Shown here piece after piece: positions 39,262-48,076 of a stretch of 64,000 bases of DNA. Source of the DNA: Eubacteriales bacterium (GTDB lineage Bacteria; Bacillota; Clostridia; Oscillospirales; CAG-382); assembly GCA_045542335.1 (NCBI GenBank), contig JAZQKV010000116.1, positions 1,433 through 65,432 on the forward strand, given 5' to 3'. The notes below the pieces were generated by a model. That model did not search any database. It saw nothing but the letters and a program-made list of their open reading frames with translations, and was not told the origin of the DNA. How positions within the stretch are numbered: position 1 is the first letter of the stretch; each line of letters starts with the position of its first letter. Position numbers and translations under genes: made by a program.

Positions 39262-39290
39262 AAAGCACTTCGTAAGAAGTGCTTTTTTTA
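39262..39290 (+). terminator. rho-independent terminator after the tRNA
   Basis: AAGCACTTC / GAAGTGCTT stem followed by a T-run. Confidence 0.75.
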
Positions 39291-39323
39291 GTGGAAGATA
39301 TTTTTGGATTGGTGTGATTTTTC

Positions 39324-40112
39324 GTGACAAACTCCTCGGTGGAGCATAATAGCTTTCTGAAAGGCATTATAGACGGTATTCCGATATGCCTCGGGTATCT
39401 TTCAGTATCTTTTGCATTCGGAATATTCTCTGTTGAACAAGGACTTACCATCCTTGAAGCCGTGCTTATTTCAATGACAAATGTAACCTCTGCAGGACAG
39501 CTTGCGGCAGTGCCGATAATAACAGCAGGCGGAACACTCATTGAGCTTGCTGTGGCGCAGCTTGTAATAAATCTCCGCTATGCGCTGATGTCTGTTTCGC
39601 TTTCGCAAAAGCTTGGAAAGAGCGTAAAGATGCTTGACCGATTTATAATTGCTTTTGTCAACACCGATGAGGTTTTCGGAGTCGCTTCGGGAAAGCAGGG
39701 GACGGTTGGAAAGAATTATCTATACGGACTCATTATAACGCCCTACCTTGGTTGGAGCTTCGGAACTCTTGTCGGGGCGGTTGCCGGCGATATTCTCCCG
39801 GATTCTGTTACATCGGCTCTTGGCATTGCGATTTACGGAATGTTTGTTGCAATTGTTGTACCTCAGATGAAAAAGAGCAAGGCGACGGCTCTTTGCGTTG
39901 CGTTGGCAGTTGCACTTAGCGTTGCATTTACATACGTTCCTGTCATAAACCGTGTTCCGTCAGGCTTCTCAATAATTATTTGTGCGGCGGTTGCGAGTGC
40001 ATTGTTTGCATTTGTTTGCCCGGTTTCTGATGGTGAAAACGATGCAGACCAAGCAGATAAAGGCTCGGTTGAAACATCAGGCAATGATAACGGAGGTGAG
40101 ATAAATGCGTGA
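39324..40112 (+). CDS. azlC: AzlC family branched-chain amino acid transport protein
   Basis: GIPICLGYLSVSFAFG motif and a multi-TM profile. Followed by an overlapping azlD-like gene. GTG start. Confidence 0.8.
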   Translation: MTNSSVEHNSFLKGIIDGIPICLGYLSVSFAFGIFSVEQGLTILEAVLISMTNVTSAGQLAAVPIITAGGTLIELAVAQLVINLRYALMSVSLSQKLGKSVKMLDRFIIAFVNTDEVFGVASGKQGTVGKNYLYGLIITPYLGWSFGTLVGAVAGDILPDSVTSALGIAIYGMFVAIVVPQMKKSKATALCVALAVALSVAFTYVPVINRVPSGFSIIICAAVASALFAFVCPVSDGENDADQADKGSVETSGNDNGGEINA

Positions 40113-40419
40113 ATTTCTTCCTTATCTCATAACCTGCGCAGGAATCACTTATCTTGTTAGAATGTTGCCGCTTGTCCTGGTAAAGCATAAGATTCAGAAC
40201 AGGTTTATTCTCTCTTTCCTTTATTACATACCCTATGCGGTACTCAGCGTTATGACAATTCCCGCAATTTTCAGCTCAACCTCTGAACCTCTTTCTGCAC
40301 TTATCGGCTTTGTAGTTGCGGTGGTGCTTGCTTATTTTGAAAAGAGCCTTGTGGTTGTTGCGGCAATTTCATGCGCCTCTGTTTTTGTTATTGAGGCGTT
40401 GATGAAATTTATGATATAA
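40105..40419 (+). CDS. azlD: AzlD family branched-chain amino acid transport protein
   Basis: About 100-aa, 3-4 TM protein that overlaps the azlC stop. This is the typical AzlCD pairing. Confidence 0.75.
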   Translation: MREFLPYLITCAGITYLVRMLPLVLVKHKIQNRFILSFLYYIPYAVLSVMTIPAIFSSTSEPLSALIGFVVAVVLAYFEKSLVVVAAISCASVFVIEALMKFMI

Positions 40420-40479
40420 AAACCTACCAAAATGTAAATTACGTTTTGGTATATTTATGCTACAAAAATGTAGTATCGC

Positions 40480-40508
40480 TTGACAAATACACATACCTGT
40501 GGTATGAT
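40480..40508 (+). promoter_or_regulatory. sigma-A type promoter
   Basis: TTGACA (40480-40485), 17 bp, TGgTATGAT (-10 at 40503-40508). Confidence 0.6.
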
Positions 40509-40548
40509 TTCTTATACGATTTTTGAGACGGCAAGGAGGTAGAACAAA

Positions 40549-40893
40549 ATGAAGATGTCGATGTTTTCAAAAACGTCATGTTCTTTCAAAGATGCGTGTG
40601 CATTTATGTCCGCACCTTCGGTTTGTTCTGCCCAGAATAGTTGTAACGGGGACAGTGCGTCTGAATCCCTTTATAGCGTTGTTGTAACAGACATTGCCAA
40701 GGCAGTGTCTGTTTTTGCGTTTTTGCTTCTTGCCATAATTGCGATTGCCCTTATTATTGCCCTTGACGGCATTATTGGTATTGGCATAATTGATATTCGA
40801 CTTAGCCTAATCGCCCTTGTGCTTACACTGTGCATAAGCATTACAGATGCGATTATTATAAGAAGAAAATCCGCAATGAAAAGCAAAGCGTAA
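40549..40893 (+). CDS. hypothetical small membrane protein with a Cys-rich N-terminus and an extremely Ile-rich C-terminal half
   Basis: AAGGAGG RBS. Two hydrophobic segments. No recognisable family. Confidence 0.5.
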   Translation: MKMSMFSKTSCSFKDACAFMSAPSVCSAQNSCNGDSASESLYSVVVTDIAKAVSVFAFLLLAIIAIALIIALDGIIGIGIIDIRLSLIALVLTLCISITDAIIIRRKSAMKSKA

Positions 40894-40941
40894 TTCGGGC
40901 GAGATGTGGGTTGTAAAAGACCTGCGGCGAAATTCGACAGT

Positions 40942-40985
40942 ACGGCGGTTTTGCTTTTCGGCAGAATCGCCGTTGATTTATTATT
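40942..40985 (+). terminator. hairpin, possible terminator or attenuator before the IPMS-like gene
   Basis: ACGGCGGTT / AATCGCCGT stem, then T-rich TGATTTATTATT. An upstream CGGCGAAATT (40925-40935) could pair with the same 3' arm. Confidence 0.4.
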
Positions 40986-41013
40986 ACAAAAACTTTAAGG
41001 AGAAAAAGAAGGC

Positions 41014-42435
41014 ATGAGCGACATTAGCATTTCTGACATTACACTGAGAAAAAACAGCGCAGAGGGTTCGGCTCTCAGCTTTAACGAAAAGATCGAGGTT
41101 GCAAAGCAGCTTGATAAAATCCGTGTGGACGTTATTGAAACGGCTCCCATTACGGGCGGAAAGACGGATGTACTTTTTTTGCACACAGTTGCTTCCCTTG
41201 TTACCAACAGCGTGCTTGCCTGCCCTACAGGACTCACAGAACAATCCGTTGAGGAGGCATACGATGCAATAAAGGGTGCGGCAAAGCCAAGGCTTGTTGT
41301 GAGCGTTCCCGTTTCAACAGTTCAGATGGAATACCATTGCAAAATGAAGCCTGCAAAGGTTCTTGAGCTTATTGCAAAGCTTGTTTCAAAGGCGGCTTCG
41401 CTTTGCTCTGATGTTGAGGTCTCCTTTGCAGATGCAACAAGGGCAGAAAAAGATTTTCTCAAGAGCGCAATAACGGCAGCGGTTGAAAACGGAGCAAAAA
41501 CCGTTAACCTTTGCGATAATGCAGGTGCGATGCTTCCCGATGAGCTTGAGGCTTATGTAAAGGAAATCCGTGAGAGTGTTGAGGCACTTCAGGGAGTTGT
41601 GCTTTCGGTTGAGTGCAGTGACAGACTTCATATGGCGGTTGCGGAAGCAATTTGTGCGGTTGAAGCAGGTGCGGCTCAGATAAAGACAGTTGTTAGCGGC
41701 GATGGTGTAAACCTTAAGAGCTTTGCGGAAATTCTCCGTGAAAAGGCAGACAGCATTGGCGTTTCAACGGGAATTGACATGACAAGAGTTGAGAATTGTG
41801 TCGCAAAGCTTTCTTTTGTGAATGACACAAAGGCGGCGGTGGCGGCTTCTCCCTTTGATAACGGGACCGGCATCAATCCTTTTGCCGGAATAACTGTGAG
41901 CGCAGAGGACGACATCAAAACCGTGTCCGACACAATCACAAAAATGGGCTATGAGCTTTCCGGCGAGGACATGAAGAATGTTTATGCCGAAATCAAAAAG
42001 GCGGCAGAAAAGGCAAAGAAGCCTGTTGGCGCAAAGGAAATTGACAGCATAATCGCAACAGTTGCAATGCAGGTTGCTCCCACATATAAGCTTAAGAGCT
42101 ATGTTATCAACAGCGGTGACATTATTACTCCAACCGCAAATATTGAGATAACCAAAAACGGCGAGGTTTACAGAGGCTTTTGCATCGGAGACGGTCCGAT
42201 TGGTGCGGCGTTCCTTGCAATTGAACAGATCACTGGTCATCATTATGAGCTTGACGAATTCCGTATTCGCTCTGTAACCGGTGGCAGCGAGGCAATGGGC
42301 TCTGCACTTGTCAAGCTTCGCCACAATGGCAAGCTCTTTTCCGGAAGCGGCGTTTCAACCGACATCGTTGGTGCCGGAATCAATGCTTATATCAACGCCC
42401 TCAATAAAATTTGCTTTGAGGAGGACGTAAAGTGA
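41014..42435 (+). CDS. 2-isopropylmalate synthase-like protein that lacks canonical catalytic residues but keeps the LeuA C-terminal regulatory domain
   Basis: HMGL-like TIM-barrel layout, but DITLRKNSAEG replaces DTTLRDGEQ, VECSDR replaces HxHND, and VSGDGVN replaces GIGERAGN. The C-terminal LeuA_dimer-like region (GDGPIGAAFLAIEQITG...GSEAMG) is present. Confidence 0.7.
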   Translation: MSDISISDITLRKNSAEGSALSFNEKIEVAKQLDKIRVDVIETAPITGGKTDVLFLHTVASLVTNSVLACPTGLTEQSVEEAYDAIKGAAKPRLVVSVPVSTVQMEYHCKMKPAKVLELIAKLVSKAASLCSDVEVSFADATRAEKDFLKSAITAAVENGAKTVNLCDNAGAMLPDELEAYVKEIRESVEALQGVVLSVECSDRLHMAVAEAICAVEAGAAQIKTVVSGDGVNLKSFAEILREKADSIGVSTGIDMTRVENCVAKLSFVNDTKAAVAASPFDNGTGINPFAGITVSAEDDIKTVSDTITKMGYELSGEDMKNVYAEIKKAAEKAKKPVGAKEIDSIIATVAMQVAPTYKLKSYVINSGDIITPTANIEITKNGEVYRGFCIGDGPIGAAFLAIEQITGHHYELDEFRIRSVTGGSEAMGSALVKLRHNGKLFSGSGVSTDIVGAGINAYINALNKICFEEDVK

Positions 42436-44888
42436 ATTTATCATTTTCCACAAACAATTGGAACAGCTTTGACATAGACAGCTTTTTTGAAATAGCAAGA
42501 CAATATAAGTTCAGCGGTATTGAGCTTCACGGCAATTGCGGCATAAACGACGACAGATTGACTCAGATTTACCGCAAGCTTATTGAGTATAAGCTGAACA
42601 TCCCCTGCATCGACGTTGAAACCGACATTTCAACTGACATTGAGGCGGCGTACGCAGAGCTCGTTGAAGCAAAGAGAATTGCAAAAAAACTCCATGCACC
42701 GTATATCAGACTTAAGTCTGTGGGAGATGCAACTCCTTTCCTTGAAAAGGCACTTCCCCTGGCAGAGGAAAGCGGACTTGTTCTTCTTATTGAAACAATG
42801 GGCATTTACGCTGACACCGCAAAGCTTCGTGAGCTTATGGAATATTTTGCAAACGATGCCCTTGGCGCACTTTGGGATTTCCATTACCCTTACAGAGTTT
42901 GCGGCGAAAGTGCAGAACAGACCATAACAAATCTCGGTGCATATGTTAAGCACATACACATCAAGGACTCCCTTTCCGCAGATGAATATTGCCTCATGGG
43001 AGAGGGAAATCTTCCCGTCAATGAGTTTATCAACGCCCTAAAAAGCGTAAACTTTGCAGGTTATGTTTCACTTGAATGGAATCCTGCATGGATGCCCGAA
43101 ATTGACAGTCACGATATTATCTTCCCCCATTTTGTAAGCTACATGAGCCGTTTCCGTTCACCCTCACGTTCAAAAAAGGTGCTTTACGACAACAACAGGA
43201 AAAACGGCAAATATGTCTGGAAAAAAGATGCCCTTATTGAAAAGACATTTTCGCAGGTGCTTGACACTATGGTCGAGGAATTTCCCGATCAATATGCTTT
43301 CAAATATACAACCCTTGACTACACAAGAACCTATTCCGAGTTCCGTGATGATGTTGACGCTTTTGCACGTTCGCTTATTGCAATGGGAGTGAAGGCAGGC
43401 ACACACGTTTCCGTGTGGGCAACAAATGTTCCCCAATGGTATATCGCTTTCTGGGCGACAACCAAAATCGGTGCGGTGCTTGTTACGGTTAACACGGCAT
43501 ATAAAATCCACGAGGCAGAATACCTCTTCCGTCAGTCCGACACCCATACAATTATTATGGTTGACGGCTACCGTGATTCAAACTATGCACAGATTATGCA
43601 GGAGCTTTGCCCGGAGCTTGAAACCAAACCCGAGGGCAAGCCTCTCCACGCAAAGCGTTTGCCTTTCCTCAGAAACATTATAACAGTCGGTTTTGAAATG
43701 AAAGGCTGTCTTACATGGGAGAAAGCACTCGCCATGGGAGAAAGCGTAAGTCAGGACGAGGTTCGCATGATGGCAAACGCCGTTGATATACACAGCGTGT
43801 GCAATATGCAGTATACCTCCGGAACAACCGGATTTCCCAAAGGCGTTATGCTTACCCACTATAACGTAGTAAATAACGGAAAGTGCATCGGCGACAGAAT
43901 GGACCTTTCAACTGCCGACAGAATGATGGTTCAGGTTCCCATGTTCCATTGCTTCGGCATGGTTCTTGCAATGACTGCAACCATGACCCACGGCGGAACA
44001 CTTCTCCCCCTGCCGTATTTCTCACCCAAGAGTGCACTTACCTGCGTCAACCGTGAAAGAATAACCGCTTTCCATGGCGTTCCGACAATGTTTATTGCAA
44101 TGCTTGAGCATCCCGATTTTGCCAACACCGATTTCTCATATATGAGAACCGGTATCATGGCAGGTTCACCGTGTCCCGAACCCATCATGAATGAGGTCGT
44201 GAACAAGATGAACATGAAAGAAATCACCATTGTTTACGGTCAGACCGAGGCTTCTCCGGGATGCACAATGAGTTCCACCGACGATTCTATCGCAGTGAGA
44301 GTTTCAACTGTCGGCCGTGCTCTTCCCGAAATCGAGTGTAAGATTGTTGACCCCGAAACCGGGGAGGAGCTTCCCGATAATACCACGGGTGAGTTTGTTG
44401 CAAGAGGTTACAACATTATGAAAGGCTATTATAAAATGCCTGTTGCAACCGCAAACACAATCGATGCCGACGGTTGGCTTCACACAGGCGACCTTGCGCT
44501 CAGAACCCCTGAGGGCAACTACAAGATTACAGGTCGTCTTAAGGACATGATTATCCGTGGCGGTGAGAATATTTACCCCAAGGAAATTGAGGAGTTTATA
44601 TATACTCACGATGCGGTTAAGGATGTTCAGGTTATCGGTATTCCCGATGAACAATACGGCGAGGAAATCATGGCTTGTATCATTCTCAAGGAGGGCGTAA
44701 GCCTCACCGAGGACGAAATGAAGCAGTATATTCTCTCTCATATGGCAAAGCATAAGTGCCCGAAATATATCAATTTCGTTGATGCTTTCCCGATGAACGC
44801 CGCAGGAAAGATTCTTAAATACAAAATGCGTGAGCAAGCCGTTGAAAAACTTAAAATCAAAAAGGTTGACGGCATTGTAGCTCAGTAA
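42432..44888 (+). CDS. fusion protein: xylose-isomerase-like TIM barrel (sugar phosphate isomerase/epimerase family) + AMP-forming acyl-CoA ligase
   Basis: The first roughly 250 aa resemble the AP-endonuclease-2 / xylose-isomerase-like TIM barrel fold (IELHG..., HIHIKD). The remainder has AMP-binding motifs: YTSGTTGFPKGV, GYYK..T, WLHTGDLA, GRLKDMIIRGGENIYP. GTG start overlaps the upstream stop (GTGA). Confidence 0.75.
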   Translation: MNLSFSTNNWNSFDIDSFFEIARQYKFSGIELHGNCGINDDRLTQIYRKLIEYKLNIPCIDVETDISTDIEAAYAELVEAKRIAKKLHAPYIRLKSVGDATPFLEKALPLAEESGLVLLIETMGIYADTAKLRELMEYFANDALGALWDFHYPYRVCGESAEQTITNLGAYVKHIHIKDSLSADEYCLMGEGNLPVNEFINALKSVNFAGYVSLEWNPAWMPEIDSHDIIFPHFVSYMSRFRSPSRSKKVLYDNNRKNGKYVWKKDALIEKTFSQVLDTMVEEFPDQYAFKYTTLDYTRTYSEFRDDVDAFARSLIAMGVKAGTHVSVWATNVPQWYIAFWATTKIGAVLVTVNTAYKIHEAEYLFRQSDTHTIIMVDGYRDSNYAQIMQELCPELETKPEGKPLHAKRLPFLRNIITVGFEMKGCLTWEKALAMGESVSQDEVRMMANAVDIHSVCNMQYTSGTTGFPKGVMLTHYNVVNNGKCIGDRMDLSTADRMMVQVPMFHCFGMVLAMTATMTHGGTLLPLPYFSPKSALTCVNRERITAFHGVPTMFIAMLEHPDFANTDFSYMRTGIMAGSPCPEPIMNEVVNKMNMKEITIVYGQTEASPGCTMSSTDDSIAVRVSTVGRALPEIECKIVDPETGEELPDNTTGEFVARGYNIMKGYYKMPVATANTIDADGWLHTGDLALRTPEGNYKITGRLKDMIIRGGENIYPKEIEEFIYTHDAVKDVQVIGIPDEQYGEEIMACIILKEGVSLTEDEMKQYILSHMAKHKCPKYINFVDAFPMNAAGKILKYKMREQAVEKLKIKKVDGIVAQ

Positions 44889-44928
44889 TGAGCTGTAAAC
44901 ATAGATAATAACGAAAGGAAATAAAATC

Positions 44929-45987
44929 ATGGACATTAAAATCACAAAAACAACAACCCCTAAACCCATTCCCACAGAGAACCTTGGCTTTGGAAAGATT
45001 TTTTCTGACCATATGTTTGTTATGGACTATGTTGCAGGAGAAGGCTGGAAAGATGCAAGAATTGTTCCCTTTGAAAGACTTTCCATTCACCCCGCAGCAA
45101 CAGTCCTCCATTACGGTGTTGAGATTTTCGAGGGACTTAAGGCTTACAGAACAAAAGACAACAAAATTCAGCTTTTCAGACCCATTGAAAACTGCCGAAG
45201 AATGAACAATTCTGCCGACAGACTTGAGCTTCCCACAATACCCGAGGAAATGATGCTTGAAGCAATTCTCAAGTTTGTTGAGGTTGAGCAGGATTGGATT
45301 CCCCGCAAAGAGGGCGAGTCTTTCTACCTCAGACCTTTCATGTTCGGTAACGACGAACACCTTGGCGTTCATGCCGTTAAGTGTGCAACCTTCATGATTA
45401 TCGGCTCTCCCAGCGGAAGCTACTACGCCGAAGGCATTAACCCTGTTAAAATTATGATTGAAAAGGACGACGTAAGAGCCGTAAGAGGCGGCACAGGTTA
45501 CGCAAAATGCGGTGGTAACTATGCGGCTTCCAACAGAGCCGGTGCAAGAGCAGAGGCAAAGGGATATACACAGGTACTCTGGCTTGATGGTGTTGAAAGA
45601 AAGTATATCGAGGAAGTTGGCGCAATGAACGTTATGTTCAAAATCGGTGATGAAATTGTAACACCTGCTCTCACAGGTTCAATTCTCCCCGGTATCACAA
45701 GAATGTCCTGCCTTGAGCTTCTTAAAAAGCATGGCTACAAGGTAAGTGAAAGACTTCTCTCGATTGATGAGCTTGTTGACGCAATGGAAAAGGGCACTCT
45801 CGAGGAAGCATGGGGAACAGGAACAGCGGCTGTTGTTTCTCCTATCGGCGAGCTTAGCTATGACGGCAAAAAATATACCATCGGCGGCGGTAAGATTGGT
45901 AAGGTAACACAGGCTCTTTACGATGAACTCACCGGTATTCAGTGGGGCAAGTGCGAGGACACAATGGGATGGACCGTACAGCTTTAA
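44929..45987 (+). CDS. ilvE: branched-chain amino acid aminotransferase
   Basis: Class IV aminotransferase features: FEGLKAYR, the lysine region GGTGYAKCGGNYAAS, and EVGAMNVMF..PGITR. Confidence 0.9.
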   Translation: MDIKITKTTTPKPIPTENLGFGKIFSDHMFVMDYVAGEGWKDARIVPFERLSIHPAATVLHYGVEIFEGLKAYRTKDNKIQLFRPIENCRRMNNSADRLELPTIPEEMMLEAILKFVEVEQDWIPRKEGESFYLRPFMFGNDEHLGVHAVKCATFMIIGSPSGSYYAEGINPVKIMIEKDDVRAVRGGTGYAKCGGNYAASNRAGARAEAKGYTQVLWLDGVERKYIEEVGAMNVMFKIGDEIVTPALTGSILPGITRMSCLELLKKHGYKVSERLLSIDELVDAMEKGTLEEAWGTGTAAVVSPIGELSYDGKKYTIGGGKIGKVTQALYDELTGIQWGKCEDTMGWTVQL

Positions 45988-46655
45988 GTCACAGGAGAAT
46001 AACGATTTTTGCCGGGCATTACGGAAGTGGTAAAACAAATGCCGCTGTCAACTATGCTTTGATGCTTAAAAAGCTTTATCGTGATGTTTCGGTAGCTGAC
46101 CTTGATATTGTAAATCCATATTTCAGAACCAAGGATGCAGCGGAGGTTATGTCTGCAAACGGAATACGCCTCATTTCCTCCGAACTTGCCGGCACAAACG
46201 TTGACACTCCTGCACTTCCATCGGATACCTATTCAATAATCCACGATAAAAGTATTCACGCAGTAATTGATGTCGGTGGCGACGACAGAGGCGCACTCGC
46301 CCTTGGCAGATATGCTCCCGATATTGTGGCAGAGAATAATTATGATATGCTGCTAGTTGTCAATAAATACCGTTATCTCACAAGAGATGTTGAATCGTTG
46401 CTTGAAGTTATGTCAGAGATTGAGCAGTGTGGCGGCATAAAATTCAATGGTATTGTGAACAACTCCAACATCGGCATCGAAACGGAAATTTCACACGTTG
46501 TGTCCGGACTTGAATTTGCAAATGAGGTTGCGGCGGCAACGGGACTTGAAGTGAAATTCACATCGGTAAAAAGCGATTTGCTTGAAAAAACGCTGGAGTT
46601 TACCGACAAGGTGCTTCCCATGGAGCTTTATGTCAGACAGTCGTGGCAGAAGTAA
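45969..46655 (+). CDS. P-loop NTPase (SIMIBI / MinD-ParA-like), function unknown
   Basis: Walker A FAGHYGSGKTN and Walker B-like AVIDVGGDD. The start is uncertain: ATG 45969 or 45942 overlaps ilvE, and an ATT lies after an AGGAGAA RBS at about 46002. Confidence 0.55.
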   Translation: MDRTALSHRRITIFAGHYGSGKTNAAVNYALMLKKLYRDVSVADLDIVNPYFRTKDAAEVMSANGIRLISSELAGTNVDTPALPSDTYSIIHDKSIHAVIDVGGDDRGALALGRYAPDIVAENNYDMLLVVNKYRYLTRDVESLLEVMSEIEQCGGIKFNGIVNNSNIGIETEISHVVSGLEFANEVAAATGLEVKFTSVKSDLLEKTLEFTDKVLPMELYVRQSWQK

Positions 46656-46685
46656 AAGAAAAATAAGCAAAAGGAGGAAAGAATC

Positions 46686-46895
46686 ATGGCGAAAGCTATA
46701 TTTAATGAAGATATGTGTAAAGGCTGCGGACTTTGCGTTGCGGCTTGTCCAAAGAAAATTGTTGTACTTAAGGATAAGTTCAATGCCAAGGGTTACAGAC
46801 CTGCAGGCGTTAAGGACGAAGACCTTGATAAGTGCATCGGATGCGCATTTTGCGCAACAATGTGTCCCGATTGCGTAATTACGGTTGAAAAGTAA
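46686..46895 (+). CDS. 4Fe-4S dicluster ferredoxin subunit (delta) of 2-oxoacid:ferredoxin oxidoreductase
   Basis: Two CxxCxxCxxxCP motifs (CKGCGLCVAACP, CIGCAFCATMCP). Lies directly upstream of the alpha/beta/gamma subunits. Confidence 0.85.
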   Translation: MAKAIFNEDMCKGCGLCVAACPKKIVVLKDKFNAKGYRPAGVKDEDLDKCIGCAFCATMCPDCVITVEK

Positions 46896-46949
46896 AAAAT
46901 GAGCAAAGCGTGTTTCGGGACAAATGCCCCGGACGGAAAGGAATATAAC

Positions 46950-48014
46950 ATGAGTGAAAAAGTGTTGATGAAAGGTAACGAAGCAATGGCTGAAGCCGCT
47001 ATCATGGCAGGCTGTCATCATTATTTCGGATACCCTATCACTCCTCAGACAGAGGTTGCGGCGTATATGTCAAAAAGACTGCCCAAAATTGACGGCGGTG
47101 TGTTTCTTCAGGCAGAAAGTGAAATTGCGGCAATAAACATGGTTATTGGAGTTGCCTCCACAGGAAAGAGGGTTATGACCTCTTCGTCAAGCCCCGGAAT
47201 TGCCCTCAAGAGCGAGGGACTTTCCTATCTTGCAGGCTGCGATTTGCCCGCACTTGTTGTTAACGTTCAGAGAGGCGGCCCCGGTCTTGGCGGAATTCAG
47301 CCCTCACAGTCGGATTATTTCCAGGCAACAAAGGGCGGCGGACATGGCGACTATCATATGATTGTCCTTGCTCCCGCTTCCATTCAGGAAATGGTAAACC
47401 TCACATTCAAGGGCTTTGACCTTGCCGATAAATACAGAATGACATCAATGATTCTTGCCGACGGAACAATGGGTCAGATGATGGAGCCTGTTTCTCTCGA
47501 TATGGGAGAAATCACAAAGTATAATAAGGATTGGGCAACAACAGGTACAAAGTGCGAAAGAAAGCCCAACATAGTAAACTCCCTCTTTATAAAACCCGAA
47601 GAGCTTGAACAGTTCAATATTGAAAGATATAAGAAGTACGATGAAATCTGCGAAAAAGAGGTTATGTACGACGAATATCTCACAGACGATTGTGATGTTT
47701 GCGTGGTTGCTTTCGGCGTTGCCGCAAGAGTTGCGCAGAACGCCATTGACGAGGTCAGAAAAATGGGTATCAAGGCAGGAATGATTCGCCCCATCACCCT
47801 TTGGCCGTTCCCCAAGAAAGTACTTAACGAAATGGCAGATAAGGTTAAATCCTTTGTTTCGGTTGAACTCAATATGGGTCAGATGATTGAGGATATTGAG
47901 CTTGCAATAAGATGCAAAAAGCCTGTACTTTTCTGCGGCAGAAGCGGTGGCATGATTCCCACAACAGAAAACATCATTGAAAAGCTTGTTGAAGCAAATA
48001 AAGTTCAAGGCTGA
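46950..48014 (+). CDS. vorB: 2-oxoacid:ferredoxin oxidoreductase alpha subunit (VorB-type)
   Basis: N-terminus KGNEAMAEAAIMAGC..FGYPITPQTE is typical of the OFOR alpha subunit. The start was chosen at ATG 46950, with an AAAGGAA RBS. Confidence 0.8.
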   Translation: MSEKVLMKGNEAMAEAAIMAGCHHYFGYPITPQTEVAAYMSKRLPKIDGGVFLQAESEIAAINMVIGVASTGKRVMTSSSSPGIALKSEGLSYLAGCDLPALVVNVQRGGPGLGGIQPSQSDYFQATKGGGHGDYHMIVLAPASIQEMVNLTFKGFDLADKYRMTSMILADGTMGQMMEPVSLDMGEITKYNKDWATTGTKCERKPNIVNSLFIKPEELEQFNIERYKKYDEICEKEVMYDEYLTDDCDVCVVAFGVAARVAQNAIDEVRKMGIKAGMIRPITLWPFPKKVLNEMADKVKSFVSVELNMGQMIEDIELAIRCKKPVLFCGRSGGMIPTTENIIEKLVEANKVQG

Positions 48015-48076
48015 TTTACGATTTATGATTTTCGGGGTGGCTTAAAGACAGCGCCCTGTGAAAGGAATGGAATATA

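Noticed and set aside
40894-41013. T-box leader or known riboswitch in front of the IPMS-like gene
   Set aside because: The roughly 120-nt leader is far too short for a T-box, and no T-box sequence (AGGGTGGNACCGCG-like) or specifier architecture is present.
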